From: Tubiluchus corallicola
Lineage: Eukaryota > Animalia > Priapulida
Assembly: GCA_030141605.1 (NCBI GenBank)
Contig: JAQGDQ010000249.1
Coordinates: 267,243-331,242 of the forward strand
Length of the DNA: 64,000 nucleotides
Direction of reading: 5' to 3'
In this document: positions 36,684-50,800 of the stretch, piece after piece
Numbering within the stretch: position 1 is the stretch's first letter
Layout: the number at the start of each line of letters is the position of its first letter
Position numbers and translations under genes: made by a program
The notes under the pieces: model-generated
The model's input: only the letters and a program-made list of their open reading frames with translations
What the model was told of the DNA's origin: nothing
Database searches by the model: none

Positions 36684-38231
36684 CACTGTTAAGAATGCAA
36701 CTTCAGCTCTGCCCAACGTAATCTGTGCACTTTAGTAAGACTCTAGAATGTCGTAAATAAGTTTTTCTGGGTGTCATAAGTAGTTAAACTGTGACTGTGA
36801 AGTTTTTAAGATATTAGAACATGACTTGTACTGATTCATGACTAGGAGGCAAGGCCAGTTACTAGAGTAACTATAACAGTATAATTTGAAGCCATCAACA
36901 AGTCAACACTTTTATGTAGTGAAATTTTAGTATAGCCAAATGTAAAGGTTGGAAGGCTAGCTGTGTTGCTGGAAAAATCAATATACATCTTATCTTCAGT
37001 AGGCCTGTTATTAGAAAGAGATGGCCACAATAACACTGTGTATCGCACATGTATACAATCACATGTGGACATTCTGTCACTGCCAAGTTTTTCAATATGA
37101 CACAGTAAGTAGCGACAAATTACGGCGCATGCGTGTGGATGGAAAAATGTTACCACATGTAATAATTGCGTTGACGTTGTAACTTTTATGAATATTAGAA
37201 TGTTGAACAGTTTCGTTGTTTTTGTTAATAATGAAGAGAAAACATCTAAACATTTTTCTATTGAAATTTTGAAAAGAATGTTTTAAGTAAAAATGTGTGT
37301 CCATCGGAGCACGTCCATCACTCCGCGAACATTTTCCAGACCAGGGTCAGAAAGACACAATATTTCCTATTGAATTCCCTTCATTTGATTACTTAGGAAC
37401 TGAGTCTCATTTTAGTAAAATCAATAGTAAAGTAGCATTCAAAACAATTTTAAGGAAAATATAAATTAAAATTTTATAGAAACTAAAGAAATTTGACAGA
37501 AGCATTTTGCATGTATAAAACTATAAATACTGTGAAGTGAAAAGGAATATAAAAATGCTTGGAATTTTTTTCTATTCGAACTACTATAGCTTTAACTAGG
37601 ATTCAAATTGACAACTTTTAGATGTACAATATGCTCGTTTATTAATATAGAAAGGCACTCCGTGTGATAATACACTCTATAGTCATGCACATATTGCCAG
37701 AGAGTCCAGCTTCAGGCGTGACTTTTGCACTACACAGCCTAGAGTTAGTCAGACGATGTTGGCGCCAATTTGGGAGTCTTCAGGAAAAACGTATATCACC
37801 TTGTAGCCCAGCTCTTTCTAAAAAGCTATAAAAATCCCTTAAAGGTTCCCATAACACGTGTATATATTATGTTAATACATCAGTTAAAGTTAAGTTACAG
37901 GCTGAAATACGCAAGTAAGAAACATTTCTCAAACAAAGACTACTTACTGCTTACCTGATTTCCGAAACACAAAACTTGGAGAGGCAATTCCTTATTTGAG
38001 CACCAGGCGTCAGCACATATTTCCATCATTTTCAGTTTTTCATTTGTTTTTCATTTTATTTGACGTAAGCAGAAACGTAATTATAAATTTTAACTGGTAG
38101 TTCTCAAAACCAGATTCTTAAACTTTTTAATAACTTTTATTCGTTGGGACTTAAGTTAAGTAAAAAAATATGTTTGTCACTTTCTCCCGGGGACGCAGTC
38201 AAGGAAGAGTCTGAAACGCACGTGTTCTACA

Positions 38232-39164
38232 TGTTGGGAGCCGAGTGGACCACTGCGCCAAGTAGACCACTTGATGCGCTAAAAGTAGTGTCCTACATGG
38301 GCAGCCCAAGTAGGACACTAGCGATAAATGTAGGTGTTAGATGTAGGATTGTTTAGCTGTAGACTTAAATATTAAGTGAGAATATTCCAGTGTTTATGAA
38401 CTTTTGTCTAGTTTTGCCTTTTGTCAAGTTTTGGTTTATTGTGTTACTAGTAATAACTTTTTCGAGTTTTTTGAGTCCCAACCAAAATGTTATTTTATAA
38501 TATTGTTGTAGCTTAGCCTGTTATTTACTTTGCTCGTATTTATTATTGTTTCCATAGTCATATTTATTTTTATTTTGTATTGCATTCTGTGAAAGTGCAT
38601 TGCTAATTCAGTCAAATATTTTCCTACTTGAATTGCATAAACATGTTTATAAAAATGCAGCTGATAATTTTTTCTAACATTAATTCCAAATCCTCAGTGT
38701 GGATGAAAAATATTGGTTTGTTATAGCGATGTTGCCCTATGAACAAACTGATATTTTCAAAACAAAACGAAAATTGACTTTGAACAGAAATAGCAATCAC
38801 TGTGTGTATGTATGAGTGGGCATAAACTGATCGCTTCAAAGGTAAGGTAGCCATCAAAAAAATTTTTGCTGAGCTAATTAAGTCCAACCTCTCGACCTCC
38901 TCGTGGTGCTTGCTTCTACCAGCTCAGAATAAAATTCTTTTATTTTATTAGATGTATAATAAATTATTCAACGTGTACTAACGTTTTTAATTATTATTAT
39001 TACATAAACAAGCACAACGGACGGTGTCAGTACACTTAACGACTCAATTGGCGACCTGTCTCTAGTGTCCTACTTGGGCAGCCCAAGTAGACCGCGGTCT
39101 ACTTGGGCTAGCCCAAGTAGACCAATTGGTCTACTTGGCGCAGTGGTCCACTCGGCTCCCAACA
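38232..39164. mobile_element. 933-bp MITE with TGT...ACA termini and 5-bp TSD (Ginger-like)
   Basis: 38-bp perfect TIR TGTTGGGAGCCGAGTGGACCACTGCGCCAAGTAGACCA and TSD CTACA (38227-31, 39165-69). The superfamily assignment rests on termini and TSD length only. Confidence 0.88.
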
Positions 39165-40979
39165 CTACAGATTCGTTGTGCTTGTGCCCGATTTTGAGGT
39201 CTTGCTGTCTATATTATTATTAAGCTCGTGCTCCTGATAAGATTGAGTCTAGATGCCTAAATTACACGGCGGTTGGTCAAATCACAGTTAAATGAATTAA
39301 TTTGCAAATTTCTACTGTTCGTTTGCTAGCATAAGCTGAAATGTGCAAGAGGCTTCTAGTCCACTTCTGGTTTGCCATCAAGTCTTGTAGCTGTCTCAGC
39401 GTCATGCGCATGTGCCACTAGTGTGTAAAATATCTTGCACGTTTTATAGTCGCAAAACTAGATATTACTACACAAATCCAGATGAAAATTTTATGTCAAA
39501 GATAAATTGGTGGCTGATTTGGTTTAGTTATTGTGAATACCGTGAATATGCTGAACCTACTTTATCCCTAGTAAGAACCCCCAGTAAGAACATGGTGGCA
39601 GGATTTCTTTAAACACTATTTGTTGTGTCTACAATATTAAGGAATTTCATAAAACATGCCAGCATAATAATGTATCCAAATCTAAACTTTATCGATAATA
39701 CCTGCTGACTTGAACTGCTAAGAGAGTTTTATAAAAGGCTCACTTACAACCTTAGAGTTGAAGAGACAGAGGAGACTTGATACAAATGTATCAAATTTTA
39801 CATGGGTTAGGTGGCACTGAAAGAGAAAAAATGTTTACACTGACTAGTGATGGCAAAACCAAAGGGCACTTTCTTAACTTTTTTAAAAGTAGATCCAAAA
39901 CGGATTGTAGAAAATATTTTTCATGGAAAGAGTGATTAGAGCGGGGAATTTACTCCCATCTGAAATTGCTAAGCATTTTCAATGAACAGTTTCCAGAACA
40001 AGCAGGATAGATATTTAGATATGAAATATAGGGTTAAAATGAGCTTGCTTGATTAAGCTCTATCACTCTTATACTTTAAAAGAGGCGGTATGGTATGGTA
40101 TATATGACAGACGGCAATAGTTTATTGAAAAAGGCCGAGCAAGTTTCTTGTATAGTGTAAGAGCATGATGCCCTTAATTGTCCCTGCAACCCCCAGCCCC
40201 CGTCATATTGGTTACATCCAGTTTTGTGGTGAAAGCATTGCTGTTTACTGTTAATCTCTGCCCACCCTGGATTTCCCTGTTGGAGTCAGCTGTAACATTA
40301 CCATCTGAAGCTGATAAGTTTGTTGCTTGTTGCTGTATAACTTACTATACTGTTTTAATAAACAGAGTTTATTTTTACTAAATAATCACATTTATTGTGA
40401 TTTTGGGCTAGTGACCTTGTAACAGTTGCCACATAATTATGATTGGTTCTTATTCATCTGATGCGATAAATGAAAGTTTCATTGACCACTGTGACCAGAG
40501 TGCTTAAAAATGTAAAATATCCTGTGCCATTTGTTGGGAAAGTTATCCCCGCAATGAAAACTTTAAGGGCCTAGGGAAGTGCATATTGTACTTTTCCTAA
40601 AAGCTGCACACACTGTTACAGGTGTTTCTCTGGTCATTATCTATGTCTGCGACTAGAGGCAAAGTCTACACATTTTTAAAGGAAAAGCCAAGCCTTCTGG
40701 TAAGTTAGGAAAGGTTTCCTGCTTTTTTGAAACAAGTTGCACAAAAAACAGCGCTGTACTTCTCAGTTCGGAGGTGTTAATTTGTGTCATATTGCACACA
40801 TTTGAGAGCTCATGCATGAGCACAGTGGTAAATTTGAAAACTGAATTTTTATCTTAAATTTGTCAAGTTTCAGTATATCTCACTGAATCTCATACATTGG
40901 CACTGTACTTCAATTTTTGTTTTTGCAAACACGCCCATGGAATGTTTGTGCTGTTGAAAATTGTGTTCATTTGTGATGC

Positions 40980-41154
40980 CCGTAGTATTTGGGCTCACCC
41001 ACCTTTAATTAAGTTTTGAATCTGTTTTTTAATTATCCAAAAATGCTTTTGCAGTTTTATTGGTCTTAAAATGTATAATTTTTACTGTACTTCAAGATTG
41101 GTTAGGATATGAAAAATCATCTAGTTTTCCTTTAAACATTTTGCTTTCATCCCA
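40980..41154. repeat. Left arm (template) of a perfect 175-bp inverted repeat
   Basis: Base-by-base reverse complement of 41955-42129. Confidence 0.97.
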
Positions 41155-41863
41155 AGTTTGATAATGGGCATGAGTAATGTAAATGACCAAATTACTGCTT
41201 TTCCAATTTATTATTAAATATTAAAATTTTTGAAAACAAATGTTTGCTGTGCAAGTTTAATAATAATTTTGTGTAGCTTGAGCAAGTAACTGTAGTAGCT
41301 TTTTTAAGAGCGATCTTTTTTTGTTATCGCACTTTGTAAGTTGTACTGAGTGCAGAAAGTCAGCTTAAATCATGTAGGTGTCCATATGATGTTTTTAACT
41401 TGTGTCTTGCACTGCCAGTATATGATCTTGTTCTGCTTTGATTCCTGCTTTCAAAACTACAAAAATTAATATGCAACTTTTAATAAAAATTGCAAGTATG
41501 CAGTTTTTATCCATTCAGAGTATCAAAGTTTGATTAATGACATGCTATAAAGTGAGATGTTTAGTGGTAAGTGTTTAGCATGCATAGTCAAACATTATGA
41601 CTTCGAGAACTTGCAATAATCACTAGTGAAAGCTAGTTAGCTTGTCAACAGAGCGCTGCTTATGTTCCACAGAGTGCAAAGATCACTTTTAAGTTGCAGA
41701 AATTTGCCTGTCCCATTATCATTTTGTAGTTTTGCAGCATTTCTGCAATTTACATTTGTAATATTTGTTATTATTCTAGTTGTTGTTTTGAATTGAGAAC
41801 TACTAAACTTTCATTTGTATACAATAATATTCAATATTAAACTTACATTTTGCAGGTGCTACA

Positions 41864-44800
41864 ATGAATAAAGGAAATCAATCAAAAAGCGAAAGTAGAG
41901 CGGTGTCGAATTTCAGAGAATATCTGCGAATTAAAACTGTGCAACCTGATCCAGTGGGATGAAAGCAAAATGTTTAAAGGAAAACTAGATGATTTTTCAT
42001 ATCCTAACCAATCTTGAAGTACAGTAAAAATTATACATTTTAAGACCAATAAAACTGCAAAAGCATTTTTGGATAATTAAAAAACAGATTCAAAACTTAA
42101 TTAAAGGTGGGTGAGCCCAAATACTACGGTACGCATCAGTATTGTTATTTAGAGTGACCTTTTAGCTTTTTAGTCGGGTTATAATAAAGTGTGACCCGGA
42201 CAAAAAGAGTGTATGGCTGAATTCTTGCACAGACACCCAGAAAGTCGTCTGGAACAATATATTAAAAATCGTTGTAAATTCACCTTGGGGGGGGGGGGGA
42301 AATATGGTGCTTTTAATTCAGAATGGCCACCAATGTAGCATTAAAGTCAAAATAACTCAACATGGAGGCATTTAAGAGAGCATAAAGGTATTACCAGCTG
42401 ATATAAAAGTGCATATGGCTTATCAGAAAAATAGTGTTTCGAGGTCATTAAAATCTGGCCAAAATGGTGGTCAGTGTAGAATTAAAATAAAAATAACTCA
42501 ACTAGGTGGCATATAAGTTCGCGAATATGTATTGCCAGCTGGTAAAAACACAGTCCGTAACACATAGCATCCACAAGTACGTGTATACTCTATAAGTCAT
42601 CAACTATGTTGTTAATCTCAAGTGTAGCATCAGTCAGTTCCTCCTTGTTTTGGCAACTCTACCCGCAACAATTGTAACAAGCTGCCACACAGTACAAACA
42701 ATGTGCTCGGCAAGAGCATATGCAGCCGTAAAAGCTGACTTGCACTTACACTGAACAACAATCAAGATGTCTGATGGAACACTGGCAAAAACTTGTTACC
42801 TTTATATTCAGAACTCCACTCTTGGGGATTGTAAGTTACAGGTGCTGGTGCACACATAGGCTGTGAAAATGTCTAGCATGCTCTGTTGGTGGTAGAACTT
42901 GTGGTCTTACTATACAATTTGACAGCTATACAGTTCGTGTAACGTGCATACCCGAATTCATTAAGGACACCTTTTTCTTTCCCTGATTACAGAAAATTTA
43001 AGCCCTGCAAAAGTAATTTGCTCAAGTGTGGCATCTTCTTTATGAAATATATTGCTTATGTGCTGGACTGTCAGCATTTTTAATTTTTTCAGTACATGTA
43101 TGTTACTTTTCCCCTGACCTTACGTAGCCGGCTACCGGCTTTGTGTCAAAATCACTCCATGCGTGAAAAAAATGTGCTGTGCTGCAAGCCTGTTTTGTCT
43201 AGTACTGTTCGTATTGACAACTGCAGGGAAGAAGTATACATCACTCATATTTTCTCTAAAATGGTACAGTAATAGAGCAAAAATGTCTGCGTCATCAGCT
43301 ACAACTACAGTTTGGTTACCCTTTTGACAAATTTCCAGTGTGGAAGATACACTTAGAGTATCAGCATTGCTTTCACTTTGTAGAACTTTATGACCTGATT
43401 TTAATAAGATATTGACTAGCATTTTCAAAAACTGATTTTTATTTTTTCATTTTTGTAGGGAATACCTGCTGTATTCAGTGTACGGCCATGTTTTCTGCAA
43501 TTTTGATATAGGCTGATGTTTTACCACATGTTCTTCTAGCACGCTCCTGATTTTTTGTGGTTGGCCCATTTCTGTAATCATCAAATATAACAGTGCAAGC
43601 ACCATAGTTGTGTTGGATATATTTCACATATTGTAAAGCAGGGTCTCCATACATTGATGCTGGTTTCCAGTGCTCAATGCAGCAATGCATCACCATCTTT
43701 TTTCCTGTGATTGCATCAATGTTTTCAAAAGGCAAATTATTTAGTGAGATGACCTTGACTTTGAATGACATTGAAACTCTGATGGCCATATGCATGTTTA
43801 TATCATCATCCTAAATGCCACCTAGTTGAGTTATTTTGATTTTAATGCTGCATTGGCAGCCATTTTGAATTTGAAGCCCTATAACTTTTTTCCCAAAAGT
43901 TGATTTTTGGCGATTGTTCTGGACGACTTTCTGAGCGTCTGTGCAAAAATTCAGCCATACCCTATTTTTGTCCGGGTCATGTATTTTATTGGGTTAATTT
44001 GACTGGACTATTTGGAAAGGTGCCTTGAGAACAGAATTAGTTGAATAAGAGTTCGAGGAGAGATGTACGTATGTGTCTGAAACAGAGAAACGGAGAGAGA
44101 GAGAGAGAGAGCGAGCAAAAGCACAAGGTTCTATGTTCAAATCCTGGTTGGACCACAATAATTTTTAAGCATGATGTTTCTCTTATTATGCATATTAATA
44201 TTATTTGATTTTGGTGTAGATGCTGCTATCACTTTTCTGAAGAGGCAAGCAGATGAATTGGGATTGCCATTTCAAGTAGTAAAGGTTATTATTTTTTGTT
44301 GTGTCGTACCTTTTTGCTTATGTATTATAAATGAAATAAGGCTACTACAACATGCAGGTAACATGCATGAACTAATTGACTAGCTTGCTGTAAATTTAAT
44401 GTGATGTGTTTAATGTTGCTTTTGCTTCTAGTAAATGGCTTGCAAAATATTAATGTGTATGACAACATCACTTTTGTTTCATTTCAGATATCTTCTCGTT
44501 TACAACTAGCTGTACTAACTTGGGAGGGAACAGATGCATTACTTCCTTCACTTTTACTCAGCTCTCACATGGATGTTGTTCCCGTATTTCTGGTAGCTGT
44601 TCTGCTGATTTCGTAAATTTTCTACTAAAATAAGTAAAATAAGGAGACGCGGCATAATGAAGTTGCAGTATGATGAAATTAGAAGTTATATGACATAGCT
44701 TGTTTTATTAGAAACCAGCTAGTGCTACTGGTTACAAAAGTTCATGTCAGTTAAGAAAATTATTTAAATTTTGGATACATTGAAATATAATGCTGATAAT

Positions 44801-47800
44801 TGTTTGCTTAAAATTGAAAGGAAAGGCCTAGTCCCTTAGAATTTTGGATTTATTTGACTGTTATCGCTTAAACTTAGAAAAACATAACAAAGAAATTTGC
44901 AAAAAAACTGTTTGTAAATCATAAAGTTAATTTGTACTACCGCTATTAGAAATTTTCAGGCATGGTGGTAGCTGCTATTCACTTGAAAATTGTGACACAA
45001 CTGGTGGACTTCGTGACTTTTCGCAAGCCACAGTGTGAATAATTTAAAATGATTCAAACTTCTGCGGTTTACCTAATGTTAATGCAAAAATATCATAAAC
45101 CGGCTGTCTAATTTTTTGTAAAAACTTATTATACTTTTGACAAATTTTTAGATGTGCTAATTTTCATCAATTGTTGAATGAAATCATTAGTGGAAGTTTG
45201 GGTGTTCAAAGTAGGAGCATCCAAGCGTGAAATTATCGCAACTCTAAAGTGATTTTACTAATTACACGTGGCATTTATCTCACTTTTATTACTAAATCCT
45301 TATAACATTTTTTGCAAACGCTAAAATAAGCCTAACTTCCCAGAAGGTTTGGCCATTTCTTTAATGTCAAATGCCAATTTTATGCTTTGTATTTTTATAG
45401 GACCACTGGAAGTACGATCCTTTTGAAGCAGTGAAAGATGACAAAGGAAACATCTATGCTCGTGGAAGTCAAGATATGAAGAGCATTGGTATACAGTATG
45501 TAATCCTAGTTATTCGCCTTAATCATTTTCATTTCCTTTTCAATAGAGTGTAATTGTTCCTGCCGGACAGCATTAAGAGTGAAGAATTTCTCTGATTCGT
45601 TAACTTTTACACTTGGGATATTCAGTCATTCTGGAATTGGTAACTATCCATATTGCCTTTAATTGACAGCAGCTGAATAATATTAGTGTGTTATTTTATC
45701 TTCATCTAGTTGCAGCTGAAATTTGAACTGAATTAATTTAAATAGAGGAAGTGAAGCCATTTTTGGTTATGCACTTGCTAAGTAACTCCATAAAGAGGTC
45801 TGTTTCACCGTGTTTTGTTCTCATTTGTGAAATAAGTTTTTATTCATAAAAAAACAGATTCTGTAATTATGGCAAATGGTGTTTTAAATGAAATAATGCA
45901 TGCGACATTTCATGACTTTTCACATGAGTTGGGGCTTCGGAATGATCCAAGCTGCTGTTTGGGTGCGACATATAATTAGCCTATCGGAATTTGCGCAATA
46001 AGATTCGTTTATTTTTAAGGTCTTATTTTCAGAAATACGATATTTAAGCAGCAGTGGTGGTTCAAAGACAATGGTTCTTTTAATGCTCTTTTCTTATATC
46101 TGTTTTTCTGATTGTGCTAGACATTCTTAAATTATTACAGGAAAATATTTTTAATTAATACTATTGATAGTACATATATTACAAATATTACATATTTATA
46201 GATTTAAAACAAATCCTGTGCTTTTGCAAATGTAACCGTTTATGTTGAGTAAATGCTAAAGATATATAAAAATTATTTTTCTTACTTTTTATTGGTATTA
46301 CTATGGTAGTCTACTTAAATGCAGTCATGTATGTACTTTCTATTTACATTTTAGATACCTAGAAGCTATTCGTTTGTTGAAAGGCAAAGGGAAAAGATTC
46401 AAGAGAACAATTCATATATTATTTACACCAGGTAATTATCTTTCTATTAGTTTTATTTGTGCAGCAGACGAACGTTTATTTTAGGAACTTAAAATAGACT
46501 TTTTGCTGCATTTGGTTTTAAAATGATTAGTCCTAAAGAAATTTGTAATTTCTTGATGTAGTTTACTGATCTTCTTTATATTTTTGGTTGCTTTTGAATG
46601 TTTTTGGCTGTTTAGCAAGCTAGGAGGTTCTTGATGTCACAATAAAATATTCCTGTGCACAATCATTTCTACCGCTATGGCAAGCCCTTGTTGCTGTCAT
46701 GAAGTGCTTTACTTAAAAATGAATGTAGGTAATAGTTTATCTAACAAGTGAATTTGAAGATTATGCATCATGTTCCGTCATTACAACTGTAGTCATCAGT
46801 AATACTTGAAATTCCATACTTATTAAAAAAAGTGATTTCTATAAGATTTAAAACTTTTTTTTATACAACTGTCAAATGGCATTATTTGAATGTACGCATA
46901 CAATGGCATAAAGATTGCCGTCTTTGTTTCGCATGTTTGGCTCGAGAAGGACCTATGAGGTACAGAAAGCAATTTGTTTACTGATGTTTGTTTACTGGTC
47001 TTTGGTGACCGCATAACTGTATTTATAGTGTCATTCATCTCGCGCAACAAAAAATGACAGTTCCTCAAATTTAATACCGCTAACAACGAACTGATAAAAA
47101 ATCAAAAGAAACAAGCTTTGCAGTAAGTTTATAATAAAATAAATGCAGTAGTTGTAACGAGAGTAGGATTTTAAGTTGCAAAACTTATATTATAGTGAGG
47201 GTTTACTTTGACGTTAAGTGTTAAGGCAACACTACATGAATGTATATATTTATTAGTTTTTATCTACTAACAATCATTAACCGTTATGGAAATAATAGCT
47301 TTTAAAGCTATTTATAATATATCTATGTCGAAAATAAATTTATGTTCACATGCCTTTGGTCTCAGCACTTATTTGATTAAATGATTATTGTGAATAATGC
47401 AACTATCTATACTGTATTTTCTGGCATTTCTGCATTTTTCAGATTTAATGCCACAAAATTTTTTCGTTTTATGGTATCTCATCTCTTTACAACTGATATT
47501 GTAAATCATTTAGTAAGTCCAAACTTATTAGACAATGTAATGGTCTTGTTTCGAATTATTATTTTATTACTTTAGATGAAGAGATTGGATCTGATGGCAT
47601 TAGACTGTTTATTGAGACACCGGAGTTTAAGAAACTTAATGTTGGCTTTGCTTTGGACGAGGGATACGCAAATCCGACGGATAAGTTCACTTTGTTTTAT
47701 GGAGAGAGGTGCATATGGTGTAAGCTATGGTTTGTATTGTGGTTGATAGCTTTGTTTGGTAGCTGCAGTTTGATCCGAAGTTGAATTTTACACATTTATT

Positions 47801-50800
47801 GCTTACCAGTGGTTTTTCCTGTAGATCACTGTGTGGTTACCGGGTAAGATTGTACTCACGTACATTCACTTTGCCCATTGTAAGGCTGAATGTAAGTGTT
47901 TTAATTATAGCCTTGTTTACGTGGGAGAGAATATACAGGATGGGTCCTAGATCTTAATCCCTTTCAGACCATTAATGACTTGTCCGCTTTTACCCCTGTT
48001 TACACTACCTGTAGATACATAAATTTATTTTTCCTCTGTGTCAATGAAAACACAGTATCAGGGCTGCTCATGCAATGAAAAATGCTTGGTCAGGGTTATG
48101 CCCTGACTAGTTACTATACTGTGATGCAGCAAAGAGATATACAACTAGTGTCTGTTCTGTTTACGAAACAAGATTGTTCCGGGTCCAGGCTATGAACATC
48201 TTCATATGGAACATAGTTATGGAAACTTTTACGCTTAGTGGTCTTTTGGGCTGTGTGTGTGTTCATTAAATCCAATTCTAGAAAGTCTAGACTATTTTCC
48301 GTCTAGTGTAAACTGGGTTCATATAATATTTTTGTCTACCTTGCTGTTTTTGCATTTTGTTTTGCAACTGCTGAATATAAATTTGCACTTGAAATTGTCA
48401 GAAGTTAGTGTTTTTCACTGTCATGCTATTTACTTTTTATAACTGGCTAATGTTAAACAGACTTGAAATTGTAGGCAAAACTCATTATAATATGAAACAG
48501 CCTGGCATGACTTGCAAATAAAAGTTAAATATTGTCTTTTGTTGTATCTGAAAGTTATTATCAACTTGCTCATATTGTTGAAAGACACGTCTGTTCAGTT
48601 AACAGATGTCAGCCATATTTGTTGCAGCTGCAAAAACAATCTGTATTTTTAAATGTGTTTTTCAGGGGTTAAGGTTTCTTGTCGTGGAAGTCCGGGTCAT
48701 GGTTCACAGTTTATTGAGGATCACGCTGCAGGAAAGCTAGTACGTGTTGTTAGCATTAACCGTAGAGTGCATTAGCTTCACCTAGCTTTTTACTTGAAGA
48801 GCAGGGATGTTACGAGAAGTGAAATTTTTGGAAAACAAAATACTGTACTATATAAGCTTCTTGGGCTTAATTGGTTACATTAAACAATGGTTACATTAAA
48901 CAATGGTTACATCAAACAATGGTTGCATTAAACAATTGTTATATCAAACAATGGCTACATTAAACAAGGTTACAATAAATGATGGTTACGTATTTCTAAA
49001 GCAACTATTTGCAGGAAAAACATACGAATATATTTTTCTTATTTTAGCTTCAACATAGATAAAATACGTTTTAGGTATATTTTATGCGTAATACATCTCA
49101 GTCAATAATCAGTTTGTGACATACACAAAATGGAATATCTTTCCACTCAGTTGGTCTTGCAGTTTAAGAGGCATTAAAGCTGCCATTTGGACATAGTAAA
49201 TTGTTTATGTTGGATACAACCTTGATTACATGATTGGGATATTTATTGTTTTCAGCAAAAAGTCATGAATTCTTTCCTTGGATTCAGAGAACAAGAGAAG
49301 AAGCGGTAAGTATTTTATGAGCCGTCATTTTTTTGGAAGAACAGCTGGTTAAGTAATTAAGCTTGAATTCAGTTAAACTGTCATGCAGAATTTCAAGTGA
49401 AGCGTAGGATTTTTGTAAGACGTGCCGCTACAGTTTTACCATGCGCATGCTCACAGCTCTGTCATGCAGAAACAAAGGCACGTGACTGCCAGACTTGGTT
49501 ATGGGCACTTTTGCCTCATTTTTCTTAACCACTTCACTGCCGCGCAATTTGTGTTCCAGCTGGCATGCAAGAATATTTTAGTAAAATGAAAAGTTGCTAC
49601 TGCTATAGGCACTGCAATGTTATTATAGTATGGTTGTTACTACATCACAACCATTTCTATTGTTACTATTGTCGTTGCTGCCATCATAACTGTTGTGATA
49701 ACCACCCCCACCACCACCACCACCACCACCATCATCACCAGTGCCACTGCCACTGCTATTTGGGTCAGTCTTCCTCGTCACCCATGGGATGTAAACATTC
49801 TTTCCATAATATAAGGCGTGCATATTTTATAAGCACTTGTTAAATGTTGTTGTTAACGCTATACGCACATGTAATGAAAGCTAGAAGTGCCTTGTTGATG
49901 TAACTTGCTTGCATTGAGTGTAACATAATTGATTAACGTGCGGATAAGAAAGTTTGTTATTATATTTCAGCTGCTCATTGGGTGCCATATGTTTGGGTGA
50001 AAATGCCTTAATATCACCTGGCAAATACAATGGAGAAATTTATTTGTTTATGGGAAAAAATTTGCCGTAACCAAAAGCTTTAACCAAATGCTTAAAAAAT
50101 ACTGACATTCACACGATTTCTCCAACTCTGTGTGACTAAAAAGAAACTGTAGTTTTTATATTTTGTTTTTCAAAATAAAATGAAGACAGGATGATTTTTC
50201 ATATAGTGCCCCATTTTCAAGTCTGATAAAAAGCAAACATTTTAACACAGTTAATACTGCAAAAGTGCTTCTGATAATTAAATAATAGATTAAAATCTTA
50301 ATTAATGGAGGGCGAACCCAACTAGTGATGACATCATAAACTAACATAGTTTGAGGACATAAAATCAACAAAGATACAGGAATGCTATGCTGCAGTGGTA
50401 ACGTAGCAGACGACAGCTTGGCAATAACAGCAATCTTTTTTGCTTATTTTGTATGTTTTTTGGCCATGAATGTTTTGTAGCTTGTATACCATCTTTTTAG
50501 ACAACAGAGGACACCACCGCTTTTTGTTTTCAAAGCTAGATTCCTCAATTGCACGTGGCGTGTGCAAGTATCATTGAGCCATACAGGTACTGAAGTGCTT
50601 AATCATGCTCCTTATTTAGACAGAATGGCAAACCTTCCATAGTGGGGTCAGTTATGGTTGGATGGGTAGCTCAGGTTTGGTTGTATTAGTCATTTTTTTC
50701 CACATTTGGCATTTTCTTGAACTCACCCATCAGATGCTTTTGGAGATTTGCACAAAAACATTCATACAAACAAAACGAAAACAAAAACATTACATTGCAA

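Noticed and set aside
39500-40380. Coding-like stretch upstream of the ACY1 ATG exon
   Set aside because: Multiple stops in the frames read and no motif I can identify.
40980-42129. The 175-bp inverted repeat as TIRs of a transposon that captured the ACY1 exon
   Set aside because: There is no TSD, and the exon resumes exactly after the insert and splices in phase to the remaining exons, so it is in its native position.
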